A DNA stretch of 64,000 nucleotides from Mobula birostris (lineage: Eukaryota). Position numbers and translations under genes: made by a program. Positions 12,495 through 25,789 of the stretch are shown here, piece after piece. The stretch spans positions 87,749,921 to 87,813,920 of the forward strand of contig NC_092383.1 of the NCBI RefSeq assembly GCF_030028105.1. Direction: 5' to 3'. The notes under the pieces were generated by a model. It was not told the DNA's origin. It was given only the letters and a program-made list of their open reading frames with translations, and searched no databases. The first letter of the stretch is position 1. The number at the start of each line of letters is the position of its first letter.

Positions 12495-13390
12495 TCAACA
12501 ACGGTAGTGTTGAGGAAACAGGCTGGCTGAAGAAGGACTTAGATTAGGAGAGTGGGCAAGAGATTGGCAAATGAAATACAATGTGGAAAATGCATGGTCA
12601 TGCACTTTGTCAGTGAAATAAATGTTGAGACTATTTTCTAAATGAGGAGGAACTCCAAAAATCTGAGATGCAAAGACACATGGGAGTCCTCGCACAGAAC
12701 ACCCTAAAGGTTAACTTGCAGGTAGAGTCAGTGGTGAGGAAGGCAAATGCAATGTTAGCATTCATTTCAAGAGGTCTAGAACACAAAAGCGGGGATGTGA
12801 TGCTGAAGCTTTGTAAAGCACTGGTGAGGCCTCAACTTAAGTATTGTGAACAGTTTTGGGCTCCGCATCTAAGAAAAGATTGGAGAGGGTTCAGAGGAGA
12901 TTCAGGGGAATGATTCTGGGAATGAAAGGGTTATCATACGAGAAATATTTGATGGCTCTGGGTCTGTACTCAATGGAATTTAGAAGGATGGGGGGGATCT
13001 CATTGAAACCTTTCGACAGAGTAGATGTGGAAAGGATGTTTCGTATGGTGGGAGAGTCTAGAGGGGCGTCCATTTAAAATAGAGGTACTGAGAAATTTCT
13101 TTGGACAGAGGGTGGTGAATTTGTGGAATTTATTACCACAGGCAGCTGTGGAGGTTAAATCATTGGGTGTATTTAAGGCAGAGCTAGATAGGTTCTTGAT
13201 TGGACACAACATCAAAGGTTATGGGGAGAAGGCTAGACAGTGGAGTTGAGGAGGGGGGATAAAAGGATCAGCCATAATTGAATGGCAGAGCAGACTCGAT
13301 GGGCCAAATGGCCTAATTCTGCTCCCATATGTATGGGTTTATGGTCTTATGGCATGGACTAGATGGGCTGAAGGTCCCGCTTCTGTGCTG
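12495..13390 (+). mobile_element. CR1 5'-truncated copy
   Basis: RT C-terminus (VRKANAMLAFISRG...LVRPQL.YC.QFWAPH) through the 3' UTR. Confidence 0.9.
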
Positions 13391-14074
13391 TACTTCTCTA
13401 TGTATATAGGTGATTATATAAAAATACATGCAAACATTGGAAAGTTAAACTACAAGAAAAATCAGAATTCAACTCCGCAATGCAGCAATGTCTACCTCAA
13501 CCATGCTGCTCATATTTTTTTTATATAGATCTCAATCACACTATCCATCAGAGTCCTTTGCTCCAGGGCAAAAAGCCCTAGTCTACTTCTCCTGATAACT
13601 CAAGCCCCCCAATCCAAATAATGTTCTTGTGAATTATTTTCTTCACCTGCTCTAGCTTTTCAGTAATGGGGCAACCAGACCTACACACAACACTCCAAAT
13701 CTGGTCAAACCAACATTTTACATTGATGTAAAATTTTTATTCAGGCAATTCAACTTCTCATGTGAAATAAACTGCCTCACTAGTGACACAGGCTACATTG
13801 CATCCTGCTTTGCCCACCTTCTGAAGCTCAAGTCATTGATATTTCTTTCAACAGGTTTGTACTATGACTTGTGATGGGATCTGGACTGATTTGATCATGA
13901 GTCTCCACAGCATCTCCTTAAAAAACACAATGCAGGGAGTACCGTACCTTCCCATTCTCCCTAGCTATGTCACAAAAGGTTCGAGTTACAGGGTGAGGGG
14001 AAAATCATGGAGTTACAGTTGTAGTCGCGCAGCATGGTGTACCATACTGGACAGCATGGCAGTGTAGCAGTTCG

Positions 14075-15003
14075 CGTGTAAGGCTTTTTTTCCAGAAGTT
14101 TGTGAAGGTTCAGTATGTCACCTAAAACTTTGATAATCTTCTATAGATGTGCAGTGGGGAGTATACTGACTGGTTGCATCGTGGCCTGATAAAGCCCTCC
14201 CCAGTGAACGCATTTACAAGGAGGAAAGCGGAATTCACCATCGAGAACCCCACCGTCCAGACCATGCTCTCTTCTCGCTGTTACCATTAGAAAGGAGGTA
14301 CAGGAGCCTCAGGACCCACACCACCAGTTTCAGAAGCATTTAGTCTCTTGATCCAAGGTGAGAACTTCACTCAACTTCATTCACCCTAACACTGACTGTT
14401 CCCACAACTTGACTCACTTTCAAGGAACTTCCAAACCCATGTTCTCAATATGTATGCATGTATGTATTTATTCACAAGTTTGTTTGTTTATTATTACTAT
14501 TTTGTATTATTTTATGGTTGTATTTGTACAGTTTGTTGTATTTTGCACATTGGTTGTTTTTCTTGCTGTGTGCAGGTTTTCATTGTTTCTATTGTGTTTC
14601 TTTGAATATACTGTGAATGTCTGCAGGTAAATGCATCTCCAGGTTGTACATGGTGACATATATATGTACTTTGATAATAAATTGACTTTAAACATTCAAC
14701 CTTGGACTTTGCAGTGCCAGCAGTCAGTGATCAGAGTTCAATTCCCACCTCTGTCTGTAAGGAGTTTATACATCCTCCCCACAATTGTGTGGGTTTCCTC
14801 AGTGTGCCTCAGTTCCCTCCCACATTCCCAAGATATATGGGTTAGGGTTGGTAAGTTATGGGCATGCTACATTGGCAATGGAAGCATGGCAACACTTGTG
14901 GGCAGCCCTGAGTGCATATTCAGAATGCGTTAGACACTCTCGCAAATGATGCATTTCACTGTACGTTTCGATGTACATGTGACAAATAAAGCTAATATCT
15001 TTA
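14075..15003 (+). mobile_element. Rex1-type 3' fragment followed by a tRNA-derived SINE
   Basis: CCAGACCATGCTCTCTTCTCGCTGTTACCAT..GGAGGTACAGGAGCCT motif; SINE body from ~14700 ending AATAAAGCTAATCT. Confidence 0.7.
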
Positions 15004-15667
15004 ATCACAGAGGATCAGCCCACTGGGTCAACCCAACCATTAAGCACCTATTTACATTAATTGCCCTCAGGTTCCCATCAATACCCCTGGTTAACCCTCA
15101 GGAAGGAGTGAGGGTGAGGAGGGATTTGAACTTAAGCGTAAAAATTTTAGAACTGAGCCATTGGTCCCCTGGGAGAGTCTGAAATCGATTAAGGACTGGT
15201 TGTAATGTTTCTTGGGGGAAAATGTCAGCACTGAGATGAGGTGGAGGAATGCGGTCACAGGTTACAATGTTAAGGGTGAAGAAGGAACGCAATAGTGCAG
15301 GGTAGGCCACAGGCAGCAGAGCTGCAGATGTCCTCAAGACTGCAGGGGGTGGGACAATGGACACTGAACAGCACTGGTGAGAATAATCAGCTGTAGGGGT
15401 ATCAGAGGCATGAAGGCAGGTTTAGCTTCAGATAAGAATTTGGGGAAGTCTGGACAAGATAGTGCTGTACATTGTGAGGAGGGTAAATAAACACAGTGGG
15501 TCTGAGGTGCAGGAAGGGAATGTTTGGGGTGGCGGACGAAGAGCCGGTCATGCAAGGAAACTATTCCTGGACGACGTCGAGCTTCTGGAGGATTCTTGAA
15601 GCTGCACAAATCCAAGGGAATGAGAAATATTCCGGCACTATCCTGACTGGTGCATTGTCTGTGGTTA

Positions 15668-15695
15668 ATTGGTTGGCGAGTCAGGAAGTGAGTCA
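15668..15695 (+). promoter_or_regulatory. Candidate promoter: inverted CCAAT box plus composite ETS/AP-1 site (CAGGAAGTGAGTCA)
   Basis: ATTGG at 15668-15672, GGAA core at 15684-15687 and a perfect TGAGTCA at 15689-15695, about 140 nt upstream of the gene A ATG. ATTGGTTGGCGAGTCA is conserved upstream of gene B (41584-41599). Confidence 0.5.
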
Positions 15696-15829
15696 TCAAA
15701 TGTTTCTTACACCATGGCATATATGTGTCATGCCAGAAGAGGAACTAATCTACTCCTGTGCTAACTAAGTAAATAGTTGGGCAACTCAAGCGTGACACAG
15801 AGACCCAAATGGTGTAAAACAGCTGAAAA

Positions 15830-15926
15830 ATGGAGTTGGTGTTGCATGAGTTCCACTGTCAGAAACACCCCATAACTACGGGATCTATTGCTCTGATGGT
15901 TCTCATCTCTGTTAGCCTCTTATCAG
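15830..15926 (+). CDS. Gene A exon 1, leader/signal peptide MELVLHEFHCQKHPITTGSIALMVLISVSLLS(G)
   Basis: ATG in a strong Kozak context (AAAATGG), hydrophobic C-terminal half, phase-1 donor CAG|GTAAAT. Same 97-nt length as, and homologous to, 41732-41828. Confidence 0.85.
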
Positions 15927-16225
15927 GTAAATCATTATATTTACAATATGTGCTGTTTAGAATTATTTATAAGTGTTCAGCAGTACTCTTATCAATGACA
16001 CTGGCAAATTCAGGAAGTTCTGCTAATGTTGGAACATGCACAGGGTGATGGAGATGAAGAGGAACCATTGAGAATAATGGCAGTTGCTGTCATGAATTCC
16101 ACGGGACTCTGTTCAAGAGTTGCAATAGGTGCACAGCAAGATCCCAGAGATACCCTGGACTGTTTGCCATAAGGGTGGTGGGATACAGCAACCACTACAA
16201 ACCACAAGGGTCCCAACACCCTTAT

Positions 16226-17050
16226 AGGTGTATAAGTTGATGAAAGGCATTGAATGTGTGGATAGTCAGAGGCTTTTTTCCCCCAGGGTTGAATTGGCTA
16301 GCACAAGAGGGCACAGTTTTAAGGTGCAGAGGAGATGCCAGGGGTAAGTTTTTTTTATGCAGAGAGAGGCGAGTGTGTGGAATGGGCTGCCAGTGACAGT
16401 GGTGGAGGTGGATATACATAGAGTACATAGAATAGTACAGCACAGTACAGGCCCTTCAGCCCACAATGTTGTGCCGACCCTCAAACCCTGCCTCCCATAT
16501 AAGCCCCCACCTTAAATTCCTCCATATACCTGTCTAGTAGTCTCTTAAACTTCACTAGTGTATCTGCCTCCACCACTGACTCAGGCAGTGCATTCCACGC
16601 ACCAACCACTCTCTGAGTAAAAAACCTTCCTCTAATATCCCCCTTGAACTTCCCACCCCTTACCTTAAAGCCACGTCCTCTTGTATTGAGCAGTGGTGCC
16701 CTGGGGAAGAGGCGCTGGCTATCCACTTTATCTATTCCTCTTATTATCTTGTACACCTCTATCATGTCTCCTCTCATCCTCCTTCTCTCCAAAGAGTAAA
16801 GCCCTAGCTCCCTTAATCTCTGATCATAATGCATACTCTCTAAACCAGGCAGCATCCTGGTAAATCTCCTCCGTACCCTTTCCAATATGATAGGGTCTTT
16901 TAAAAGACTCTCGGATAGGTACGTTGAGCTTAGTAAAATAGAGGGCTATAGGTAACCCTCGGTAATTTCTAAAGTACGTACATGTTCAGCACAGCATTGT
17001 GGGCCGAAGGGCCTGTATTGTGCTGTAGGGTTTCCATGTTCTTTCTATGC
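16226..17050 (+). mobile_element. CR1 3' fragment (host of a nested CR1) in gene A intron 1
   Basis: The + strand CR1 reads continuously across the insert: GTGGAGGTGGATA | TGATAGGGTCTTTTAAA. Confidence 0.85.
16415..16887 (-). mobile_element. Young CR1 3' fragment nested in another CR1
   Basis: Uninterrupted 134-aa RT C-terminal ORF, nearly identical to 40081-40550; (TTCTATGT)-like tail. Confidence 0.92.
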
Positions 17051-17639
17051 TCTACCTAACCAACATTTGTGCAAACAGGAGGTCACCCAACGTAGATTGA
17101 CCAAATTTTTTTGGGGAGCGTGTCAGTGGCAAATCATCCACGGAAACTGTCGCTCCGTAGAATTCCCAGCCTGGATATTCACCTGCAGGAGAAGAAATGG
17201 CTGCAATCACAAATTGGCAAACTGTGAATGGCAGCTGGGGACAATGTTAAAATTTTTAAAAACTCAGCAAAAGTACTTTGTCTCTTAATTGTGATGGTCT
17301 GAGTAAATAAAGAAAATGCATTGGCAGAAATTTTAAATGTATTTTATGATTGTGAGCTCGGCATCAGTGGCATGGCCAGCATTCATTACTCATCCCTAAT
17401 CGCCCCTGAGAAAAAGGTGGTGACTCCCCTCATTGAAACACAGTGAGAATTATTTCCCCAGAATTCACTCTGTGTTAATCAAGAACCAACATACAGGCAG
17501 GTTGGAAATGTCACACCGAGTGATTTTGTTTTCACTGTTAACTTGAAGCTCTGAGCAGTAGAAATGACAAGTTTATATTGATGAAATTGCCTTGTGTTGA
17601 TGCAGTGTACTTAATATTTCATCATCAATGTGCCTGCAG

Positions 17640-17953
17640 GCTCAACTGCATTAACTGGACCTGAGAAGGTCAGAGGAGTAGTGGGACAATCAATCACCGT
17701 GGAATGCCAGTATGATCAGGAATACAAGGATTACGTGAAAAAATGGTGTACAGGTGATCCTTACGTTGGTTGTTCTGATGTGGTTTCAACTGAAGAGGAC
17801 GAATAACAATGACTGATAACAAGGTACAAGGCATTCTTTCAGTAACTGTGGACAATCTAATGAAGAGTGATGAAGGGTTGTACCAGTGCATGATAGAAAG
17901 GGCAATGTTGATTCCGAACAAAAGGTTTACCATTTCCCTGGAGATTTCTGAAG
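17640..17953 (+). pseudogene. Gene A V-type Ig exon (VA) with a 10-nt frameshift deletion
   Basis: Acceptor CCTGCAG|, donor GAAG|GTATGT. Reads [50 protein letters not shown], then shifts frame; resumes [50 protein letters not shown]. Lacks the 10 nt (CCAGCCAYGA) present in V1-V3. Confidence 0.92.
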
Positions 17954-18539
17954 GTATGTTGACTACTTCACTTTTGTTCCAAAGTTTGAAAATCACACCT
18001 TGGGAATCCCAACACCCCCCCCACACTCACATTGTCCATGACTCAGTGCCTCATCTTGGGGCAACTAAGGACAGCAGCCTCATTTACTGGGGATCCCAGC
18101 CTATGAAGACACTCCAAGAGCCCCAGACTTCTGGAAGGGTATGAATAGACTGTCAAACACTGACCTGACAAGAAGGTCCCAGATGCTAACTGTTCTGTTG
18201 TTGACTGGTCACTTCCCCAAAGACAGTTGCTCTGAGATCAGACATTGAACCAACTCAGACTGGAGCAGGAGGAGAGTAACAAGCTACACACCTGTCCCCT
18301 TGCCCACCAAGGCTCACTCTCACCTCTCACACATTTCTTCAACTCAGTCCAGCTCTGCCAATTCCAGCAATAAATTCCCAGATAAGAAGGGTGATCTGGT
18401 CCTTGGACTGAGCCACACAGAAAGTACAACATAAAGTGGATCATGTGGGAAATACTCAGCTGGTCAGGTAGCATTTATGAGGAGAAAATGATCTTAATGT
18501 TTTACTTCAATCTGAACTTCCAATATTTTGGGGAAATGC

Positions 18540-20513
18540 CAGAAGAAAAGAAGAGCTTACGAAAGGTTCAAAAAACTAGGTAATGATAGAGATCTAGAAG
18601 AATATAAGGCTAGCAGGAAGGACCATAAGAATGAAATTAGGAGAGCCCGAAAGGGCCATGAGAAGGCCTTGGCAGACAGGATTAAGGAAAACCCCCAAGG
18701 GATTCTACAAGTATGTGAAGAGCAAGAGGATAAGACGTGAGAGAATAGGACCAATCAAGTGTGACAGTGGAAAATGTGTATGGAACTGGAGGAGATCCGA
18801 GAGGTACTTAATGAATACTTCACTTCAGTATTCACTATAGATAAGGATCTTGGCGATTGTAAGGAGGATTTGCAGCGGACTGAAAAGCTTAAGCATGTAG
18901 ATATTAAGGAAGAGGATGTGCTGGAGCTTTTGGAAAGCATCAAGTTAGATAAGTCACAGGGACTGGATGGGATGTCAACCAGGCTACTGTGGGAAGTGAG
19001 GGAGGAGATTGCTAGCATCTGCCGATGATCTTTGCATCATCAATGGGGACAGGAGAGGTTCCAGAGCATTGGAGGGTTGCGGATGTTGTTCCCTTATTCA
19101 AGAAAGGGAGTAGGGATAGCCCAGCGAATTAAAGACCAGTGAGTCTTACTTCAGTGGTTGGTAAGTTGATGGAGAAGATCCTAAGAGGCAGGATTTATGA
19201 ACATTTGGAGAGTCATAATATGATTTGGAATAGTCAGCATGGCTTTGTCAAAGGCAGGTCTGCTTTACAAGCCTGATTGAATTTTTTGAGGATGTGACTA
19301 AGCTCATTGATGAAGGTAGAGCCATAGATATAGTGTATATGGATTTTAGCAAGGCATTTGATAAGGTACCCCATTGCAAGGCTTATTGAGAAGGTAAGGA
19401 GGCATGGGATCCAAGGGGACATTGCTTTGTGGATCCAGAACTGGCTTGCCCACAGAAGGCGAAGAGTGGTTGTAGACAGGTCATATTCTGCATGGAGGCC
19501 GGTGACCAGTGGTGTGCCTCAGGCATCTGTTCTGGGACCCCGACTCTTTGTGATTTTTATAAATGACCTGGATGAGGAAGTGGAGGAATGGGTTAGTAAA
19601 TTTGATGATAACACAAAGGTTGGGGGTGTTGTTGATAGTGTGGAAGGCTATCAGAGGTTACAGCGGGACATTGGGAGGATTCAAAACTGGGCTGAGAAGT
19701 GGCAGATGGAGTTCAACCCAGATAAGTGTGAGGTGGTTCATTTTGGTAGGTCAAATATGATGGCAGAATATAGTATTAATGGTAAGACTCTTGGCAGTGT
19801 GGAGAATCAGAGGGACCTTGGGGTCCGAGTCCATAGGACACTAAAAGCTGCTATGGAGGTTGACTCTGTGATTAAGAAGGTATACGGTGCATTGGCCTTC
19901 ATCAATTGTGAGATTGCGTTTCAGAGCCGAGAGGTAACTTGCAGCTATGTAGGATCCTGGTCAGACCCCACTTGGAGTACTGTGCTCAATTCTGGTCGCC
20001 TTAGTGTAAGAAGGACGTGGAAACCATAGAAAGGGTGCAGAGGAGACCTACAAGGATGTTGCCTGGATTGGGGAGCATGCGTTATGAAAATAGGTTGAGT
20101 GAACTTGGCCTTTTCTCCTTGGAGTGATGGAGGATAAGACGTGACCTGATAGAGGTGTACAAGATAATGAGAGGCATTGATCCTGTGGATAATCGGAGGC
20201 TTTTTCCCAGGGCTGAAATGGCTAGCACGAGAGGGCATAGTTTTAAGGTGCTTGGAAGTAGGTACAGAGGAGATGTCAGGGGCAAGTTTTTTTAAAAAAC
20301 ACAGAGAGTGCTGAGTGCAAGGAATGAACTGCCGGTGGCGGTGTGGAGGCGGAGACGATAGGGTCTTTTAAGAGACTCCTGGTTAGGCACATGGAGCTTA
20401 GAAAAATAGAGGGCTATGGGTAAGCCTAGGTAGTTCTAAGGTAAGGACATGTTCAGCACAGCTTTGTGGGCTGAAGGGCCTATATTGTGCTGAGGGTTTT
20501 CTATGTTTCTATG
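18540..20513 (+). mobile_element. CR1 5'-truncated ORF2 inserted into the gene A V cassette intron
   Basis: RT motifs ([28 protein letters not shown]). Cassette sequence resumes at 20514 (..ATGCAGAGAAGAGGAAGGGTG), as in V1 44130 onward. Confidence 0.93.
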
Positions 20514-20939
20514 AATTATGATGCAGAGAAGAGGAAGGGTGCAGTGGTTAGAAAGAAGACAAAGAGGTGAAATTACCAACAGGAAAAAAAATTAAATGAA
20601 TAGACGTGTAGATGGTAGAAAGGCTGGGATTGCTTACAAATGAAATAAAATTCAGGAATGCATCTTATCGAGATGAAAGTTCAGATATAGGAGTACAAAA
20701 ACATAGTTTGCTAAAAGCAGTATCACAGATAGTTATGGTGGTGAAGACGACATTTGAAAGATTGGCCTTCATCAGCCACTGAAGATTGGATTTGGGGCGA
20801 TATGATGCAATTGCACAAGATGATGGTGAGAAAGCATTGGAGTATTAAGCACTGCTTAAGTCACCCTATTAAGGGCAGGGCATCATTAAACCGTGCAAAG
20901 AGGACAAAGGTGATTTATGAGAGTATTCTTTTCCCAATG

Positions 20940-21505
20940 GACATCCAACTTACTTGTTCTTCTCCATTCCCATTCCAACATGTTGCTCCATGGCATCCTC
21001 TACTGCCATAGTGAGGTTACACTCAGGTTAGAGGAGCAACACCTTATTTTCCATCTGGATTGCCTCCAACCTGAGGGCATAAATATCAATTGCTCTAAGT
21101 TAGGATCTTTTCTTCTCCCACCCTCTTCGCTCTTTTTCTATTCCCCAATCTGGCTTCCCCCTTAGCTCTTCTCTTCTCATCACTGCCCTCTGGTCCTCCT
21201 CCTTCTCTTTCTTCCATGGTCCTCCCTCCTTTCCAATCAGATTCCTTATTTTCTAGCCCATTACATTTTCCACCGATCACCTCCCAGCTTCTCACTTCAT
21301 TCCCTCCTCTCCCATCCACCTATCTTCTCCCTTACCTGGCTTCACTTATCACCTGCCAGCTTATACTCCTTCCACTCTCCACACCTTATTCTGGCTCTCC
21401 CCCTTACCTTTCCAGTCCCAGTGGCCTGAAATGTGACTGTTTAGTCCCTTCTATAGATGCGACCTGACCTGCAGAATTCCTTCAACATTTTGGATGTTGC
21501 TACGT
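20940..21505 (+). mobile_element. Penelope-like element, GIY-YIG C-terminus and terminal repeat
   Basis: [33 protein letters not shown] motif, followed by a pyrimidine-rich terminal repeat. Confidence 0.8.
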
Positions 21506-21689
21506 TTAAGAGACAGTTGCCAGGACTCCAGAGTCAGAAGTTTGGGGATAAGTAGGCCAGACTCAGACCTTATTCTGGAGAATGAGGGGTGGTCTTACAG
21601 AGGTGTATGTGATCATGAGGGGAGTAGACAGGGCAAATGAATGTTATTTGTTTCCAGAGAAGGTGAAATAAAAACTACAGAGCCATGTT

Positions 21690-22395
21690 TTCAGAGTGTT
21701 CAACACCAACATACTCTCAGTATTAATCAACAACCCCCAAAACCTGGGCCTCTGTGCCTCCCTCTGCAACTAGATCCTTGACTTCTTCATCAGGCAACCA
21801 TAGACAGTGTGAATTAGAAATAACACCCCTTCCTCACTGACAATCAACACCAGCACAACTCAAGATTATGTGTTTTACCCACGGCGTTACTCCCTCTGCA
21901 CCCATGACTGTGTGACTAGGCACAGCTCAAACCCCGTCAAAAAATGTATCAATGCCACAACTATTGTTGCCAAAATATCAGATGAGGAGGCATATAAGAG
22001 TGTGAGCGATCAGCTGGGTGAGTGGTGACACAACAACCTAGCATTGAACATCAGTAAGACCAAGGAATTGATTGTGGACTTCAGGAAGAGTGAGTGGGGG
22101 AACTCACACCAGTCCTCAGAGGGATCAGAAGTGGAAAGGATGAGCAATTTCAAGTTCCTGAGTGTTAACATCTATCCTGATCCCTACATATTGATACAAT
22201 TACAAAGAAGGCATGACAGCAGGTATATTTCATTAGGAGCTTGAGGAGATTTAGTATGTCATCAAAGACTCCTGAGAATTTCTACAGACATACCATGGAG
22301 AGTGTTCCAATTGACTGCATTGCCATCTTGCAGAGAGCAGCCACTGCACAGGGTCCGAAAAAGCTGCAGAAGTAGTAAACTCAGCCAGCTCCATC
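21690..22395 (+). mobile_element. Rex1-type LINE RT fragment
   Basis: LNISKTKELIVDFRK motif. Confidence 0.75.
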
Positions 22396-22397
22396 CT

Positions 22398-24010
22398 AAG
22401 AACATAATAAACAGGAGCAGGAGTCGGCTATCTGGCCCGTTGAGCCTGCTCTGCCATTCAGTAAGATCATGGCTGATCTGGCCATGGACTGATCATCACC
22501 TATCTGCCTTTTCCCCATAACCCTTAATTCCCCTGCTATGCAAAAATCTATCCAACCTTGTCTTAAATATATTTACTGAGGTAGCCTCCACTGCTTCATT
22601 GGGCAGAGAATTCCACAGATTCACCACTCCCTGGGAAAAGCAGTTCCTCCTCATCTTTGGCCTAAATCTACTCCCCAAAATCTTGAGGCTGTGTCTCCTA
22701 GTTCTAGTCTCACCTACCAGTGGAAACAACTTTCTTGCCTCTATCTCATCTATCCCTTTCATAATTTTATGTGTTTCCTTAAGATCTCCGCTCATTCTTC
22801 TGATTTTCAGTGAGTACAGTTCCAGATGACTCAATCTCTTATCATTGTCTAACCCCTTCATCTCTGGAATCAACCTGGTGAACTTCCACTGCACCGCCTC
22901 CAAGTAAGAAGACCAGAACTGCACATAGTACTCCAGGTGCAGCCTCACCAGCACCCTGTACAGTTGCAACATAACCTCCCTGCTCTTAACTTCAACCCTC
23001 CTCTAGCAATGAAGGCCAACATTCCATTTGCCTTTTTGATAGCCTGCTGCACTTGGAAACCAACATTTTGTGATCCATGCACAAGCACTTCCAATTCTCT
23101 CTGCACAATAGCATGTTACAGTTTTTTACCATTTAAATAATAATCTGATCTTCCATTTTTCCTTCCAAAGTGGATGGCCTTGCATTTACCAACATTGTAC
23201 TCCATCTGCCAGACCCTTGCCCACTCACTTAACCTATCCATATCTCTCTGCAGACTCTCCATATCTTCTGCACAATTTGGTTTTCCACTCAATTTAGTGT
23301 CATTGGCAAACTTAGAAACACTACACTCGGTCCCTTCTTCCAGATTATTAATGTATATCATGAACAGTTGGGTCAGCACCAACCCCTGCACCACACCACT
23401 CATCACTAATTGCCAAGCAGAGTAATACACGTATATCCCAACTCTCTGCTTTCTATTAGTTAACCAATCCTCTATCCATGCTAATACATCACCCTCAACT
23501 CAGTGCATTCATATCTAATGATAGCCTTTTATGCAGCACCTTATCGAACGCCTTCTGAAAATCCAAGTAAATAATGTCCCACTGTTCCTCTCTATCCACT
23601 GCACTTGTTATATCCTCAAAGGACTCAGTAAGTTTGTCAAACAGGACCTGCCTTTGCTGAACCCATGGTACATCTACCTGATGGATTCATTTCTTTCCAG
23701 ATGTCTCGTTATTTCTTCTTTAGTGATAGCTTTAAGCATTTTGCCAACTACAGATGTTAAACTAACTGGCCTATAGTTACCTGCTTTTTGCCTACATCCT
23801 TTTTTGAGCAGCGGTGTGACATTCACCATCTTCCAATCTGCCAGGACCTGCCCAGAGTCCAGAGAATTTTGATAAATTATCACCAAAGCCTCTACTATAA
23901 CCTCTGCCATTTCTTTCAGTACCCTGAGATGCATTCCATCAGGACCAGGGGATTTATCTATCTTCAGGCCCACAAGTCTACAAAATCTCTCATCTCTGTC
24001 ATTCCTGGTT
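22398..24010 (-). mobile_element. CR1 ORF2 fragment, antisense
   Basis: Minus-strand ORFs with [39 protein letters not shown] and LVRLHLEY motifs. Confidence 0.93.
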
Positions 24011-24557
24011 CCCAAAAGCGCTGACAATATCACCATTTCATTGTTGTCTAACTTTGGTATTCATATCCGCTATCATCATAAGGATATTTTGTGATTTGCA
24101 GTGGTCCTTTGCTTCTTGCAAGGTATCATAAATAACTTCCTATATCTTCTTCACTACTAGCATCTGCTGGAGCATGTACAAACGTTTGTACTATATTATT
24201 GAAATGTTTATAAGAGGCCCTTGAAATTTCACCTGCGATATTCTGTCTGATAATACCCAGTATCCCAGAAGGTTTAGGCTTCTTTCAGGATCTAATATTA
24301 TTCACGCATCAAGTTCAAGTATAACACCACCTGAGGGGATCCATTTGTATTTATCAAATCGAAACATTCAGTTGGTACAATAGCAGCATCTAAAAAATAC
24401 TTGCATAGGTATAGTTAGGATGGAGATGGAAGGCTTAAACAGAATGTGGTCAAACGATTTTTTAGTTATCTCAAACAACTTGTTCAAAGCTCTGGAGTGG
24501 GAGAGAACTGGCTTTTAGACATTCACTGATAAGATATTTCATCCACTTTATTCACAG

Positions 24558-24615
24558 AGGTGAGAAAGACTGCCACTGCAACCAGTTCTACTCCTTTGAC
24601 CGAGAATGGAAACAG
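24558..24615 (+). CDS. Gene A stalk exon (E)VRKTATATSSTPLTENGN(R)
   Basis: Acceptor TTTATTCACAG|, donor CAG|GTAAGA, phase 1 to 2, Thr/Ser-rich. The upstream intron (AGATATTTCATCCACTTTA) resembles that of the gene B stalk exon. Confidence 0.8.
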
Positions 24616-24639
24616 GTAAGAAGGACTTAAATGTGTTTG

Positions 24640-25760
24640 TTTTATGGTAACGATGGAAAAGGATAGAACAGGTTAGGCTGTTAATCTAGAATAGAGCTCA
24701 TCTGGGAGGAATTAGGCAAGGTTTAACAAAAGTTGATTGGGTGAACTTTTTTGAAGGAAAGGAACAAATAGCAAGCAGGAGCTTTCAAGTGTGTGATATC
24801 ACAAGTCCAGGAGTAGGATGTTCCTGTTAGAGTTAAGGATAAACATGACAAGCCGAGAGTAGCTTGGCTAACGAGGGACCTACAGGCTCTGGCAAGAAAA
24901 AGAAGAAAGAATATATTGGGTAAGGAGGCTGGGAATTGTGTGAATCAATGATAACTATAAAAAAATTAAGAATTCTTAAGAGGGCAAAGAGAGTGTATGA
25001 GATGGACCGAGCAGGTAAGGTTAAAGAAAATCCCAAGAGTTTCTAAATCTATATGAAGTACAAAAGAGTAACTAAGGAGAGCTACTCCCCTTAGAGATCA
25101 GTAGGGTAAGACGACATCTCGGGACACAGGAGATGGGTGGGACGTTTAATGGTTATTTCTCCTTGGTGTTTACTGAGGAGAAAGTCAATTATGCTCAGGG
25201 GATAAGGGAACCAAGTGGAGGATATTCAGATTATCAAGGCGGAAGTACTTGCAGCCATTCAGCACATTTGGGTGGATAAATGCCCAGAGTCTAACCAAAT
25301 GCTTTCTTAGATTTTGTGGACAGCAGAGGAGAAATTGCAGAGATATTTGCTTTGTCATTACCATTGTGGAGGTTCCCAAAGATAGGTGGTTGTTCCATTT
25401 CTCAAAAAATATAGCAATACAAAGCTGGTCTTCCTGAAATAGAGGGGTTACTGAAGGGAATTCTGTGGGACGGGATCTATCAACATTTGGATAGACACAA
25501 CCTGATTAGAAAGAGTTAGCATGGCTCTGTGCATGGAAACTCATGCTTGATAAATTATTCAGAGTTTTTTGAATTTTGAAACAGATGGATGAGGTTAAGG
25601 TAGTGGGTCATGTCTGTTTAGACTTTAACAAGGCCTTTGAAAAGGTCCCAGATGGTAGGCTAGTCTGGAAGGTTAGGTCCCATCGAATCCATGGGAGATT
25701 ATTTAGATCATTCGGACTGGCCTGAGTTTGAAAGTAGTAGGTTGTGGTGAAAGGTTTCTC
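24640..25760 (+). mobile_element. Old, degenerate CR1 ORF2 fragment
   Basis: Recognisable but heavily mutated tether/RT sequence (GACTTTAACAAGGCCTTTGAAAAGGTCCCA, DF.KAFDKV-like). Confidence 0.7.
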
Positions 25761-25789
25761 AAAAAACAGCCGAGTGGCACAGGGCATAG

